Source: an uncultured Mycoplasmatota bacterium (GTDB lineage Bacteria > Bacillota_I > Bacilli_A > RF39 > UBA660). From it: a stretch of 51,553 nt of DNA. The translations under genes and the position numbers were made by a program. Within the stretch, counting starts at the first letter, position 1. Each line of letters begins with the position of its first letter. The DNA lies in assembly GCA_947574085.1 (NCBI GenBank), contig CANPIH010000001.1:1-51553 (forward strand). The letters run 5' to 3'. The notes under the pieces were generated by a model. That model saw nothing but the letters and a program-made list of their open reading frames with translations. It searched no databases and was not told the DNA's origin. Positions 1 to 9,601 of this stretch are shown in pieces.

Positions 1-205
1 AACTTTGTTCCTGTGATTCACTGCTTTGTTGTTCTGATTGTTGTTGTGTTTCTTGAGATTGTTCTTCGCTTTGTGAACTCTGCTCTTGTGATTCACTACT
101 TTGTTGTTCTGATTGTTGTTGTGTTTCTTGTGATTGCTCTTCACTTTGTGAACTTTGCTCTTGTAATTCACTACTTTGTTGTTCCGATTGTTGTTGTGTT
201 TTTTG
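1..205. repeat. 75-bp (25-codon) tandem repeat, about 2.7 copies, possibly continuing beyond the window
   Basis: The anchor gtgattcac recurs at 13, 88 and 163 (as gtaattcac in the third copy), giving an exact 75-nt period. Units are near-identical with a few substitutions. Confidence 0.85.
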
Positions 206-253
206 TTCAGAAGTATCTTGTATTATATCTTTTACATATTTCCAAAATTTCAT
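1..253 (-). CDS. 5' part of a gene for a Gln/Ser/Glu-rich tandem-repeat protein (runs off the left edge)
   Basis: Minus-strand ATG at 253..251. It reads MKFWKYVKDIIQDTSEQKTQQQSEQQSSELQEQSSQSEEQSQETQQQSEQQSSESQEQSSQSEEQSQ... and stays open to base 1. The + strand ORF 13..258 in the track is its antisense shadow. Confidence 0.6.
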   Translation of the reverse strand, partial: MKFWKYVKDIIQDTSEQKTQQQSEQQSSELQEQSSQSEEQSQETQQQSEQQSSESQEQSSQSEEQSQETQQQSEQQSSESQEQS

Positions 254-268
254 TTTAATACCTTACTT

Positions 269-1057
269 CTATTTTTTCTTTTGCAATGTAAATATGTCTT
301 TATCTTTAGGTTCATTTAAATCATATACTTCTTCAACAAATTTTTTATCTCTTTTTGAATATTGATTATATGATGCTTGTTTTTTAAATTTACCATCAAA
401 AGTAAATACCCAAGGATGATATTTTCCATTTTCAAATATTTTCAAATCATTATAACAATGTCCTTCAATTCCTATTGCATCAATTCTATTTTGAGTTGGA
501 TAAACAACTTCCTTTTTACCATGTTCAGTATCAAACATCAATATAAAACCATAATGAATAGTTCCAAGCATTACTCCTGGACATAAAGGATAATCCTTTT
601 TTACAAGTTCATCTTGTAAAATCATACTTTGTTCTGGATCTAGTGCTATTTGTACTCTTAATGGGTTTTCTAGTTTTGGCTCTCCCATAAACATATCATA
701 GTTTTCAACAATAGTATCAAATTTTCTTCTAAATTCATCAGTAAAATCTCCAAAAGCAGAATATTCTAATTTTCCTGTCTTATTAAATCTCCAACTTAAC
801 TTTTTTCCTTCTTCAAATATTTTTAAAACTCCACCTTCAATACCAATTGCTTCAATTCTACATTGTGTTGGATAAAAACATTCTCTTTGTTTTCCATTGT
901 TATCACTTATTATAATAAAACCAAAATGTTCTCCTCCAAACATAGCACCTGGAACTAATGGGTGTTCTTCTTTGCAGTCTTCATCTGCCAATATCACATT
1001 TGAATCTTTACCTATCTTTATGCAAATAGGATCTTGCATTTTTGCTTCTAAATTCAT
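269..1057 (-). CDS. Hypothetical protein built from two homologous ~125-aa halves
   Basis: Half 1 has PGAMFGGEHFGFIIISDNNGKQRECFYPTQCRIEAIGIEGG..KIFEEGK. Half 2 has PGVMLGTIHYGFILMFDTEHGKKEVVYPTQNRIDAIGIEGH..KIFENGK. No signal peptide or TM segment. No family recognised. Confidence 0.6.
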   Translation of the reverse strand: MNLEAKMQDPICIKIGKDSNVILADEDCKEEHPLVPGAMFGGEHFGFIIISDNNGKQRECFYPTQCRIEAIGIEGGVLKIFEEGKKLSWRFNKTGKLEYSAFGDFTDEFRRKFDTIVENYDMFMGEPKLENPLRVQIALDPEQSMILQDELVKKDYPLCPGVMLGTIHYGFILMFDTEHGKKEVVYPTQNRIDAIGIEGHCYNDLKIFENGKYHPWVFTFDGKFKKQASYNQYSKRDKKFVEEVYDLNEPKDKDIFTLQKKK

Positions 1058-1127
1058 ACAACAACCTCCGATGGCTACTTATACTACCATATTTTCTTTA
1101 TTTTAGCAATAAAATGCCTGTATTTTA

Positions 1128-1155
1128 TTGATTTTTTTTGAAAAAATGATATAAT
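1128..1155 (+). promoter_or_regulatory. Sigma-A-type promoter for the LRR gene pair
   Basis: TTGATT (1128-1133), 16-nt spacer, TGATATAAT extended -10 (TATAAT at 1150-1155). RBS AAGGGGGA lies just before the ATG at 1184. Confidence 0.5.
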
Positions 1156-1183
1156 AACTAACTACTGAAAAAGGGGGATTTTT

Positions 1184-4100
1184 ATGGTAGAAGGTAATGC
1201 ATGGATTAAACTTGATAAAAATAAGACAATTAACCCTAATATTAAATCATTTGAATATGCTGAAAGAAAAGATATTACTGAAGTAAATATTCCTAATGGT
1301 GTAACTACTATTGGAGAAAGAGCTTTTGCAAAATGTACTAATTTAAAAAAATTAATTATTCCAGATAGTGTTACTACAATTGGAGCAAGTGCTTTTAGTG
1401 AATGCGAAAATTTAGAAGAAGTAGTTTTATCTAAAAATTTAAAAAAACTAAATTATAGAACATTTGCAGACTGTAAGCGACTTAAAAAAATTATCATTCC
1501 TGATGGTATAGAAGAACTAGATTGGGCAGTTTTTTCAGGATGCGAAAATCTTGAAGAAATTGTATTACCGAATAGCATTAAAGCACTAAATAAACAACTA
1601 TTTCTAAATTGTAAAAAATTAAAAGATATAATCCTCCCACAAAGTTTAGAAAGTTTACCAAATGAATGTTTTAAAGGTTGTAATAATTTAAACATTAATC
1701 TAAATGAAAAAATAAAAAAACTTGGAGATAGAACATTTGAAGATTGCTATAATTTATCTACTTTTCCAGAAAATGTAACAACATTTGGTAAAAATTGTTT
1801 TAGAAATTGTAGAAAATTAACAAAAGCAACTTTAAATACTGAAATAAAAGAATTATCTGATGGTATGTTTGATGGGTGTATTAATTTAAGTGAAATAAAC
1901 TATCAAAGTGATAATTCATTAAGAATTGGAGAAAGATGTTTTAGAAATTGCAAAAGTCTTAAAACTATTCCTAAATTTATTGCAAATTTTAATGAACGAG
2001 CTTTTGAAAATTGTACTGGTCTTACAAGCATAGATATAATAGATAATGTAGTTCCTTTTGCTTGTTTTAGAGGTTGCAAAAATATTAAAGAAATATTAAA
2101 TCAAGAAAAAATTTTAGCACTTTCTGGCTTTGCATTTTCAGGATGTGAAAATTTAGAAGAAATAGATATAATTTATCCTTCTGTTATTGCTGCAGAAGCA
2201 TTTAGTAATTGTAAAAAACTTACTAAAGTTAGATTAAATATGGGTGTTAGAAAAATTGAATCAAGAGCTTTTTATAATTGTAAAAAATTAGAAAATATAA
2301 ATTTGCCTGACACTATTGATATGATTGGTAAAGAATCTTTTAAAAATTGTCATTCTATTACTTGCATAACAATCCCTGCTAACCTTAAGTCTTTTGGAGA
2401 TGGAGCATTTTCTTATATGGACTCTCTTGAAAGAATAGAAGTATCTCCATATAACAAAACATTTATTACTCCTGATAATAAAATACTTATTCATCAAATG
2501 TATCAAAAATTAATGTTATATGCGAGTGGTTGTAAGGATAAATCATATTCCTTAAAAGATTATAATTTTGAACTTGATATGTTTAATCATGCACTTGTTA
2601 GACCAATTACAGGAATTGGTAAATATGCTTTTGCAGGTGCTAAATATCTTGAAGAATTAAATCTATGTTGTTGTACTGTCGATATTGAACATACTGCATT
2701 TTATGATTGTCCAAAACTTAAAACTTTGAAAATTCACCCTATTGCATTTTATACAACTGGAGGGTTTAATTTAAGAACTGATGGTAGATATTATTTTGAA
2801 GAGGCAGCAAAAACAAAACCTCAACTCCCATTTGAAACAGTTGAATTTTGTGAAAGTCCAAATGGAGAAGATAATTTAATTTGGATAAATCAAAATGCTC
2901 TACCTAAATTTAAGAATGTAACTAAAGTAATTTTACCTAAAGTTGGTAGTTATTTTATAGGAAATAATGCTTTCTATGATTGTCAAAAACTTGAAGAAGT
3001 TGAAATACCGAATAATGTTACAAGCATTGATAAATGTGCATTCCCTACTTCCACAAAATTAAAATTTGAAAATGGTTTACAACCAGAAGGATTAATAGAA
3101 TTAATACATAACGATCAATATATAGGTGATTATAAATTATATGTTTTAGAAGATGGAACTTATTATATAGAGCAAGATAGTAAAATTACGACATTATCAA
3201 AACAATACATTGATGAAGTATGTTCTCATTCAGAAGATATAAGAGATAATTCTATTCTATTTATAGATTTTATGAATGACTTATTAGAACACGATTTAGG
3301 TATTAAATTTTTATTTAATGGGATTTTATTTGCAAATATGAGTTTAGAAAATAGAAAGATTCTTTTTGATAACTTAAATAAAAATGATAAGTTTTTTATA
3401 AATGTTCTTAAAAATAGTGGGTTACTTGATAAAAAAGATAATAATACTGAATTGTTATTATCTAAAACAAACTTTCAATTAGTGATTGATTTTATTAAAG
3501 TGTTAAGAAAATACAATATTGAACATCCATTATTGCATAATAAATTTTTAATAGCTAATTACGATTTAAAAAGTTTAGAACGAATAATAAATCTTGATTT
3601 ACCATTATTAATTAAAACACTAGAAGATAGTAAATTATTTGATAATGATTTTATAACACTAGTCGGAAATGGGCATGAAGATACAAGAGAAAGTTATTAT
3701 TTAACTTATGAAATATTAAAAAATAATGTATTAGAAAAATTTATCAGATTAGCTAAAAAATATAATATTAAAGATAAATATTTATTTGAAAAACCATTTA
3801 TATCAATAGCAGATAATCCGTTAACAGAACAATTATTTAAAATTTATGATGCAAACACTAAAAGATTATTAAAATCAAGTTTAGCAACTGAAACAAATGT
3901 TGGATCAAAGGTTAATTTAAGTGATTTAATGATATTAATGAAAATTACTGGTGCATTAGAAGAAAATCCAATTATAAGACAACGAGCAAGTACATTTATA
4001 GTTGAAAAACTTTTTGAAGAAAAACTTCCTAACGGAGAAAATAATGAGTATAGAATTGTTGGAAACGATATTCATAGAATTTTTGATTTCTATGATTTAA

Positions 4101-5032
4101 GGGGCGAATTTGATGAAGAATTTGCACAATTCTTTTTAGAGAATTATCAAGAATTAATAAAAGAAGAAAAACAAAAATCAGGTTTTATTCAAAGAGTTTA
4201 TTTAAACTTTAGGGAAATATCAAGAACTTCCACTTCAAATAAAGGATCTCAAAGACATTTAAAAGTTACTATTGATAAATGTAAGAACTTTTTATCTAAT
4301 GTTAAGTTTGATGGTGTAACCGAAGAAAATAAAGATTTTGCAGAATTAATTGGTGCTTGGTATGATACTAATACTGCTTGGATTAATGCACAAATAATTC
4401 ATAAAGAATCATTGAAAGCCCCTAGAAATATCTTTACTGAAGAAACTATTGATGAAGAAGGAAATATTATATATGATAATGATCCATCAAAGGATTTAAG
4501 AGAAGATATTAACCCAGACTTTTCTTATGAGTGGTTACCAAAACAAAATTATGATAATTTAATATTAGGAAAATATTGTAGTTGTTGTGCTCATATAGAA
4601 GGTGCTGGTCAAGGTATTATGAGGGCAAGTATGATTCTTGATTGTTGTCAAAATCTTGTTATCAGAAATAATTTAGGTCAAATCATTGCTAAATCAACTA
4701 TATTTGTTAATAAAGAAAAAGGATATGCAGTTTTTAATAATGTAGAAACATCACTAAATTATAGAGATAAAATAGAACTTGGAAAGATTTATGAGGCATT
4801 TTTAAGAGGTACTAATGCTTTTGTAGTTGCATATAATGAAAATCACAAAGGCACTCCACTACACAATATTTCTATTGGAGCAAATAGAAATACAATTTTA
4901 GATTATTTAACAGATGCTAAACATCCAGTTGTTGATGTACAACAAGCATTACAATATGGATCTTATTCTCTTAGTGGAAGTGGATATAGTGGAGATTGGA
5001 CAAGTAAACAAAGATTAGTGTTAAAAAGATAA
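1184..5032 (+). CDS. Giant BspA/TpLRR-type leucine-rich-repeat protein with an unassigned conserved C-terminal Cys-motif module
   Basis: The N-terminal ~620 aa are built from repeating units of the type IP.GVTTIGERAFAKCTNLKKLIIPDSVTTIGASAFSECENLEEV. The C-terminal ~330 aa are shared with the next gene (SQRHLKVTIDKC, YEWLPKQ.YDNLILGKYCSCCAH, GIMRASMIL, CQNLVIRN). No signal peptide. Confidence 0.8.
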   Translation: MVEGNAWIKLDKNKTINPNIKSFEYAERKDITEVNIPNGVTTIGERAFAKCTNLKKLIIPDSVTTIGASAFSECENLEEVVLSKNLKKLNYRTFADCKRLKKIIIPDGIEELDWAVFSGCENLEEIVLPNSIKALNKQLFLNCKKLKDIILPQSLESLPNECFKGCNNLNINLNEKIKKLGDRTFEDCYNLSTFPENVTTFGKNCFRNCRKLTKATLNTEIKELSDGMFDGCINLSEINYQSDNSLRIGERCFRNCKSLKTIPKFIANFNERAFENCTGLTSIDIIDNVVPFACFRGCKNIKEILNQEKILALSGFAFSGCENLEEIDIIYPSVIAAEAFSNCKKLTKVRLNMGVRKIESRAFYNCKKLENINLPDTIDMIGKESFKNCHSITCITIPANLKSFGDGAFSYMDSLERIEVSPYNKTFITPDNKILIHQMYQKLMLYASGCKDKSYSLKDYNFELDMFNHALVRPITGIGKYAFAGAKYLEELNLCCCTVDIEHTAFYDCPKLKTLKIHPIAFYTTGGFNLRTDGRYYFEEAAKTKPQLPFETVEFCESPNGEDNLIWINQNALPKFKNVTKVILPKVGSYFIGNNAFYDCQKLEEVEIPNNVTSIDKCAFPTSTKLKFENGLQPEGLIELIHNDQYIGDYKLYVLEDGTYYIEQDSKITTLSKQYIDEVCSHSEDIRDNSILFIDFMNDLLEHDLGIKFLFNGILFANMSLENRKILFDNLNKNDKFFINVLKNSGLLDKKDNNTELLLSKTNFQLVIDFIKVLRKYNIEHPLLHNKFLIANYDLKSLERIINLDLPLLIKTLEDSKLFDNDFITLVGNGHEDTRESYYLTYEILKNNVLEKFIRLAKKYNIKDKYLFEKPFISIADNPLTEQLFKIYDANTKRLLKSSLATETNVGSKVNLSDLMILMKITGALEENPIIRQRASTFIVEKLFEEKLPNGENNEYRIVGNDIHRIFDFYDLRGEFDEEFAQFFLENYQELIKEEKQKSGFIQRVYLNFREISRTSTSNKGSQRHLKVTIDKCKNFLSNVKFDGVTEENKDFAELIGAWYDTNTAWINAQIIHKESLKAPRNIFTEETIDEEGNIIYDNDPSKDLREDINPDFSYEWLPKQNYDNLILGKYCSCCAHIEGAGQGIMRASMILDCCQNLVIRNNLGQIIAKSTIFVNKEKGYAVFNNVETSLNYRDKIELGKIYEAFLRGTNAFVVAYNENHKGTPLHNISIGANRNTILDYLTDAKHPVVDVQQALQYGSYSLSGSGYSGDWTSKQRLVLKR

Positions 5033-5044
5033 GGGGGGTGTAGA

Positions 5045-8020
5045 ATGAATAATACATATAGTAAAGAATCAAAGGTCATTATTATTCCAGATGGAACGAA
5101 ACAAATAAGTGATGAAACATTTATGGATTTTAATAATCTTGAAGAAGTAATAATTCCAGATTCAGTTGAGCATATAGGAAAAGCTGCATTTAAAGGATGC
5201 AGTTCTCTAAAAAAGGTAAGATTATCAAATAACTTACATTTATTAGAGGATTTTGCTTTTAGTGAGTGTGAAAGTTTAGAAGAAATAGATATTCCAAAAT
5301 CATTGCATTATTATTCTTATGGAGTATTTAGTCATTGTCCTAATTTAAAGAAAATAAATGGACATAATGAAATAGATTTTATAGATGATTTAGCATTTTT
5401 CGGTTGTAAAAGTCTAACTGATTTTCATATAGCAGATAATACAACTAGCATTGGTAAAATGGCTCTATATTGTTGTGAATCTATAAAAGAAATACACATT
5501 CCAAAAAGTGTAGAATTGATAGAATATGGTGCTTTATCACTAATGTCATCATTAGAAAAAATCACAGTAGATTCCGAAAACTCTAAATATTTTACTGAAG
5601 ATGATGATACAGTTCTTTTATCAAAAGATGGAATGATAATACAATATGCAATAAATTGTGATCGTGATGAATTTATTGTTGGATACTATATTGAATCATT
5701 TGGTAATACTGTTGATGAAAATGGTAATACAATTCCTTTAGAAAGTAATGCACTAATATACAATATTGCAGATTATGCTTTTGCAGGTGCTAAAAAATTA
5801 AAGAAATTATATTTAGCATCTGAAGTTGAAGGTATAGGAGGTAAATCATTTCTTGGATGTGATAATCTAAAAGATTTAGAAATATTCCATTCAAGTTATG
5901 GAGATGCCTTATCATTGCATATTCATAAACCATTTAATGAAGAAGCAGAAATTCCATTTGAAAACATTACTATTGATGATGGAATAAAAACATTATGTGG
6001 TAAATTATCAGACTTATTTAAAAATGCTAAAACCATTACTCTACCCTCTACATTAGAGCATATAGGGGAAGATATTTTCTTAAAATCCAAATATTTAAAA
6101 TATTTAAAAATACCTGAAAATATTAAAATGATTAGTCCCAATACATTTAATCCTGGAATAGAACTAGAATTTCCTACATTCGGAGTGTTAAATAGCAACT
6201 TGTTCAATATGTTGCAAACAAAAACTAGCGAGGATTATTATATTAGTCATCATGATAGAGGAAATATTAGAATATTTTCATTAAAAGATGGAACATATTA
6301 TGTTAAAATTGATGATTATGATACAGTAAAAGTAAATAGAGATGAAATAATAAACCTTTCTAATAGTTCAAGTATTATGGCTGATAAACCTGATGACTTT
6401 ATAATGTATATAATACATCTATTAAGTATTAATGTTGAAAGCAGTAGAATTTTAACAAGTATATGGACTGATCCAAAGTTAGAAGAACTTTTTAATAAAT
6501 TTGTGAATGACTGTGATTATGTAAAGGAAATTGCAGAGAAAAAAACATCAAGAACAATTAGAGAAATATTAGACCATAGTGGTATATATGATGAATTTTT
6601 ATTTACTGGAATGATAATGAGAAAGATCAGTAAAGAAGAAATGGTTAAAGTAATATCAAATTATAATGATTCAATAAATAGATTTTTTAGATTATCCCCT
6701 ATTGATACTGATGATGAAGTTGTCATTAATGTTGATAGTTTGATTAGATATTGTAATCTATTAGAGAAGTATCAACGATACGATAAATTTCTTTATAATC
6801 CAGTATTTATTAATCGCTTAAGCTATCAAAATCAAGAATTATTGGTTAAATATTTTAATAAAAACATCAAACGCCTACTTATAAGTAGTAAAACTTTAGA
6901 TGATAAATATGGCGAAAATCTTAATGATTTATTAAAATTATGTAATTCACTAGGTATATTTTGCAATGAAGAAAGATTAAGTCAAAGAATGAGTACCTTC
7001 CTAAACGAAAAAGTTTTTAACGAAGAAGATTCTACCCATGTTTTAGGAAATGATATACACTCTATGTTTGGCGAAATTAAACCTCGTGATGAGGTAGATT
7101 ATGAATTTGTACTATTCTTTGTAGAAAATTATGAAAAACTTGTAAAATTAGAGAAACAAAAATCTGGTATTATTGCAAGAATATATAATGCTTTTAGAGA
7201 TATTTCAAAGACATCTACATCACATAGAGGATCTCAAAGACATTTAAAAGTTACTATTGATAAATGTTTAGATTACTTTTTAGCAGAAAGATTTGAAGGT
7301 GTAACTGAAGAAAATAAAGATTTAGCACAATTATTACAAAAATATTATTCTGAATCTTATGCTTTAAGCATAGGAGAAATGATTACAAAACAAAGCCAAA
7401 ATGCCCCTAGAAATATTTTTACTAAAATTGTATATGATGAAAATGAAGATCCAATTTATTCTTATGATAGTAGTGAAGATTTAGTAGAACATAATATAGA
7501 TGATTTTTCATACGAATGGCTACCAAAACAAGATTATGATAATTTAATATTAGGAAAATATTGTAGTTGCTGTGCTCATTTACTGGGTGCAGGTGCAGGT
7601 ATCATGAGAGCAAGTATGATTTTAAACAACTGTCAAAATCTTGTTATAAGAAATACAAATAATGAAATAATTGCTAAAATGACTATTTATGTAAACAAAG
7701 AAGAAGGTTATGCAGTTTTCAATACTACTGAAATAAATGCAATCTATCGTGATGCTGATAGTTTAGATAAAATATATAAGGCATTTTTAAGAGGTACTAA
7801 AGCATTTGTAGAAAGATATAATGAAAATAATGATATTCCTATAACAATTGTTTCTATTGGAGAATATAGAAATATATTAAAAGAACATTTAGGAGATATA
7901 GAAACTAAACTTTTATCTACTCCAAATTATTCTTGCTATGGTTATTATGCAGGAGATAAAAGTGTTGGTACTTATGATGGAGATTGTAAAAATAAGCAAA
8001 TATTAGTGTTAAAAAAATAA
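5045..8020 (+). CDS. Paralogous BspA-type LRR protein with the same C-terminal module
   Basis: RBS AAGGGGGG lies 13 nt after the upstream stop. LRR units such as IPDSVEHIGKAAFKGCSSLKKV. The C-terminal module is clearly alignable to ORF 1184..5032, including 40 identical nt (7228-7267 vs 4243-4282). Confidence 0.8.
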   Translation: MNNTYSKESKVIIIPDGTKQISDETFMDFNNLEEVIIPDSVEHIGKAAFKGCSSLKKVRLSNNLHLLEDFAFSECESLEEIDIPKSLHYYSYGVFSHCPNLKKINGHNEIDFIDDLAFFGCKSLTDFHIADNTTSIGKMALYCCESIKEIHIPKSVELIEYGALSLMSSLEKITVDSENSKYFTEDDDTVLLSKDGMIIQYAINCDRDEFIVGYYIESFGNTVDENGNTIPLESNALIYNIADYAFAGAKKLKKLYLASEVEGIGGKSFLGCDNLKDLEIFHSSYGDALSLHIHKPFNEEAEIPFENITIDDGIKTLCGKLSDLFKNAKTITLPSTLEHIGEDIFLKSKYLKYLKIPENIKMISPNTFNPGIELEFPTFGVLNSNLFNMLQTKTSEDYYISHHDRGNIRIFSLKDGTYYVKIDDYDTVKVNRDEIINLSNSSSIMADKPDDFIMYIIHLLSINVESSRILTSIWTDPKLEELFNKFVNDCDYVKEIAEKKTSRTIREILDHSGIYDEFLFTGMIMRKISKEEMVKVISNYNDSINRFFRLSPIDTDDEVVINVDSLIRYCNLLEKYQRYDKFLYNPVFINRLSYQNQELLVKYFNKNIKRLLISSKTLDDKYGENLNDLLKLCNSLGIFCNEERLSQRMSTFLNEKVFNEEDSTHVLGNDIHSMFGEIKPRDEVDYEFVLFFVENYEKLVKLEKQKSGIIARIYNAFRDISKTSTSHRGSQRHLKVTIDKCLDYFLAERFEGVTEENKDLAQLLQKYYSESYALSIGEMITKQSQNAPRNIFTKIVYDENEDPIYSYDSSEDLVEHNIDDFSYEWLPKQDYDNLILGKYCSCCAHLLGAGAGIMRASMILNNCQNLVIRNTNNEIIAKMTIYVNKEEGYAVFNTTEINAIYRDADSLDKIYKAFLRGTKAFVERYNENNDIPITIVSIGEYRNILKEHLGDIETKLLSTPNYSCYGYYAGDKSVGTYDGDCKNKQILVLKK

Positions 8021-8046
8021 AAGAAATCATTATTTGAGATTTCTTT
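8020..8046. terminator. Hairpin between convergent genes, followed by a T-rich tract on the + strand
   Basis: aaagaaatc (8020-8028) pairs with gatttcttt (8038-8046) across a 9-nt loop, and ttgttt follows. It overlaps the 3' end of the minus-strand gene. Confidence 0.5.
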
Positions 8047-8734
8047 TTGTTTCCGTTGAAAAATCTAGCACTAATTTTTCAAAATCAATTTCTTTTTTAA
8101 ATCTAGTTATTTCAGGAATTAGAATATCAGCAAATGGATGATTAGGCATATTTTTTTCCATTTCTGGTATTATCCCAATTAGCATATAATCAAAACCATT
8201 ATGATATGTTTTAAAGTCATCTCTTTCACGACCAGGATGATTCATTATAGTTGATTTTGATATTATTTGTTTAATTTCAGGATGTTCCAACTTATAATAT
8301 GTTTCCTTTTCTATTTTTAACATAGAAAATAAATCATAAACCCAAACTTTTTGTCCCTCTTTTACCTCCAACCACGAATTAAAATCTAAATGTTCTACAC
8401 CATACATAAAAAACGGAATATTCCTAGTTGAATCAGTATCTCCATGAACAATCTGATATTCTTTGTCTTCCATAGTATGTGTTAATAATTCAGCTTTATT
8501 AGCTATATTGTTAAAGGTTGTTGGCTCATAAAACATATAAATTAATGCAGAATAATAAGCATAATATAATTTTCTTAATCTAGTTAATGTCGTTTGATCA
8601 AATTCTACAATTTTTCCAGCAGCAACTGCTTTATTATATATATCTAATTTATCTTTGTCTTGAGATATATTATGGTGGAATACTGTTTCTCCACTCAATT
8701 TAATTGATCCATATAAATCTTTTCTATCTATCAC
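8030..8734 (-). CDS. Hypothetical protein
   Basis: Intact 234-aa ORF convergent with the LRR pair. No recognisable motifs, signal peptide or TM segment. Confidence 0.5.
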   Translation of the reverse strand: MIDRKDLYGSIKLSGETVFHHNISQDKDKLDIYNKAVAAGKIVEFDQTTLTRLRKLYYAYYSALIYMFYEPTTFNNIANKAELLTHTMEDKEYQIVHGDTDSTRNIPFFMYGVEHLDFNSWLEVKEGQKVWVYDLFSMLKIEKETYYKLEHPEIKQIISKSTIMNHPGRERDDFKTYHNGFDYMLIGIIPEMEKNMPNHPFADILIPEITRFKKEIDFEKLVLDFSTETKRNLK

Positions 8735-8821
8735 TCTAACACCTGCTTTTTAATAATAACACTAATAAAATTATACCATAAAATAGGTATATTTCCTATG
8801 TAATTACTTCACTATTAATAA

Positions 8822-9556
8822 TTATCTTTCTATTTCATCATAAAATTCATCATCAAAATCCCATAGATTTTCTATTGGATTTTTTAATTTATACAAATTA
8901 CTTTCAATAGCATTTTTAAAATACCCATACTTATTATTTATTGAATTACCATCTTCATCTTTAAATTTTCTATCTAATACTCTTGGAATAATATAATGAA
9001 CTATTTGTACTAAATCTTTATATGAATTACCTTCTTCCAATAATTGTTCAAATAATTTATCATAGTAAAATATTTGTGTATCATTTTCATTTATATATTT
9101 TCTATCAACTAATTCTAGTGTTAGTATATTATGTTCTTCAGGAACGAAAAAAGATGATATTTTGGTTTTATCATCTTTATCTATTTGTTTATTAGTATTT
9201 ATTATATTAGTATTTATTTGTGTGTCCTTTTCCACATCTCCTAAGTCCATATCTCCCTTTTGGGTATTTGGTGTTTCATATATCAAATATTCATATTCAA
9301 ATTGACCAAATTCATTTTGTTTTTTCTCTATAACTAAATAGTCATTTTGTTGTAATTCTTGCAAAATATTTCTAATTGCTTTAACACCCTCTTTGCTTAT
9401 TGATACTAATCCATTTATTGAATAATCCCAATCTTCTGGTAAAGATAGCATAAAAGATAATAAACCTTTTGCTTTATATGATAAATTTTTATCTCTTAAA
9501 TGGTAATTAGACATAACTGTATAATTACTATTTTTTTCTATTGTAAATTTTGCCAT
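8822..9556 (-). CDS. Replication-initiator / replisome-organiser-like winged-HTH protein (plasmid/phage type)
   Basis: The N-terminus MAKFTIEKNSNYTVMSNYHLRDKNLSYKAKGLLSFMLSLPEDWDYSINGL matches the pattern I know from Firmicute plasmid/phage Rep and DnaD-like HTH proteins. Start moved to the ATG at 9556, which has RBS AAAGGAGAG 6 nt upstream. Confidence 0.6.
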   Translation of the reverse strand: MAKFTIEKNSNYTVMSNYHLRDKNLSYKAKGLLSFMLSLPEDWDYSINGLVSISKEGVKAIRNILQELQQNDYLVIEKKQNEFGQFEYEYLIYETPNTQKGDMDLGDVEKDTQINTNIINTNKQIDKDDKTKISSFFVPEEHNILTLELVDRKYINENDTQIFYYDKLFEQLLEEGNSYKDLVQIVHYIIPRVLDRKFKDEDGNSINNKYGYFKNAIESNLYKLKNPIENLWDFDDEFYDEIER

Positions 9557-9585
9557 TATATACTCTCCTTTCATATATAAAAAAA

Positions 9586-9601
9586 CAGACTATTAAGTCT
9601 G
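9586..9601 (-). terminator. Short hairpin plus T-run just upstream of the rep-like start (terminator- or attenuator-like)
   Basis: On the minus strand CAGACT-TAAT-AGTCTG is followed by TTTTTTT. It lies between the dac stub and the rep RBS. Confidence 0.4.

Noticed and set aside
1-205. Regularly spaced repeats checked as a possible CRISPR array
   Set aside because: The units are directly adjacent with no unique spacers, have a 75-nt period, and lie in frame inside a coding sequence. No CRISPR-like array was seen anywhere in the window.
13-258. 81-aa + strand ORF with repetitive hydrophobic sequence
   Set aside because: It is the antisense shadow of the minus-strand repeat gene, which has a start codon and reads sensibly as a Q/S/E-rich protein. 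The + frame only mirrors the 75-bp repeat.
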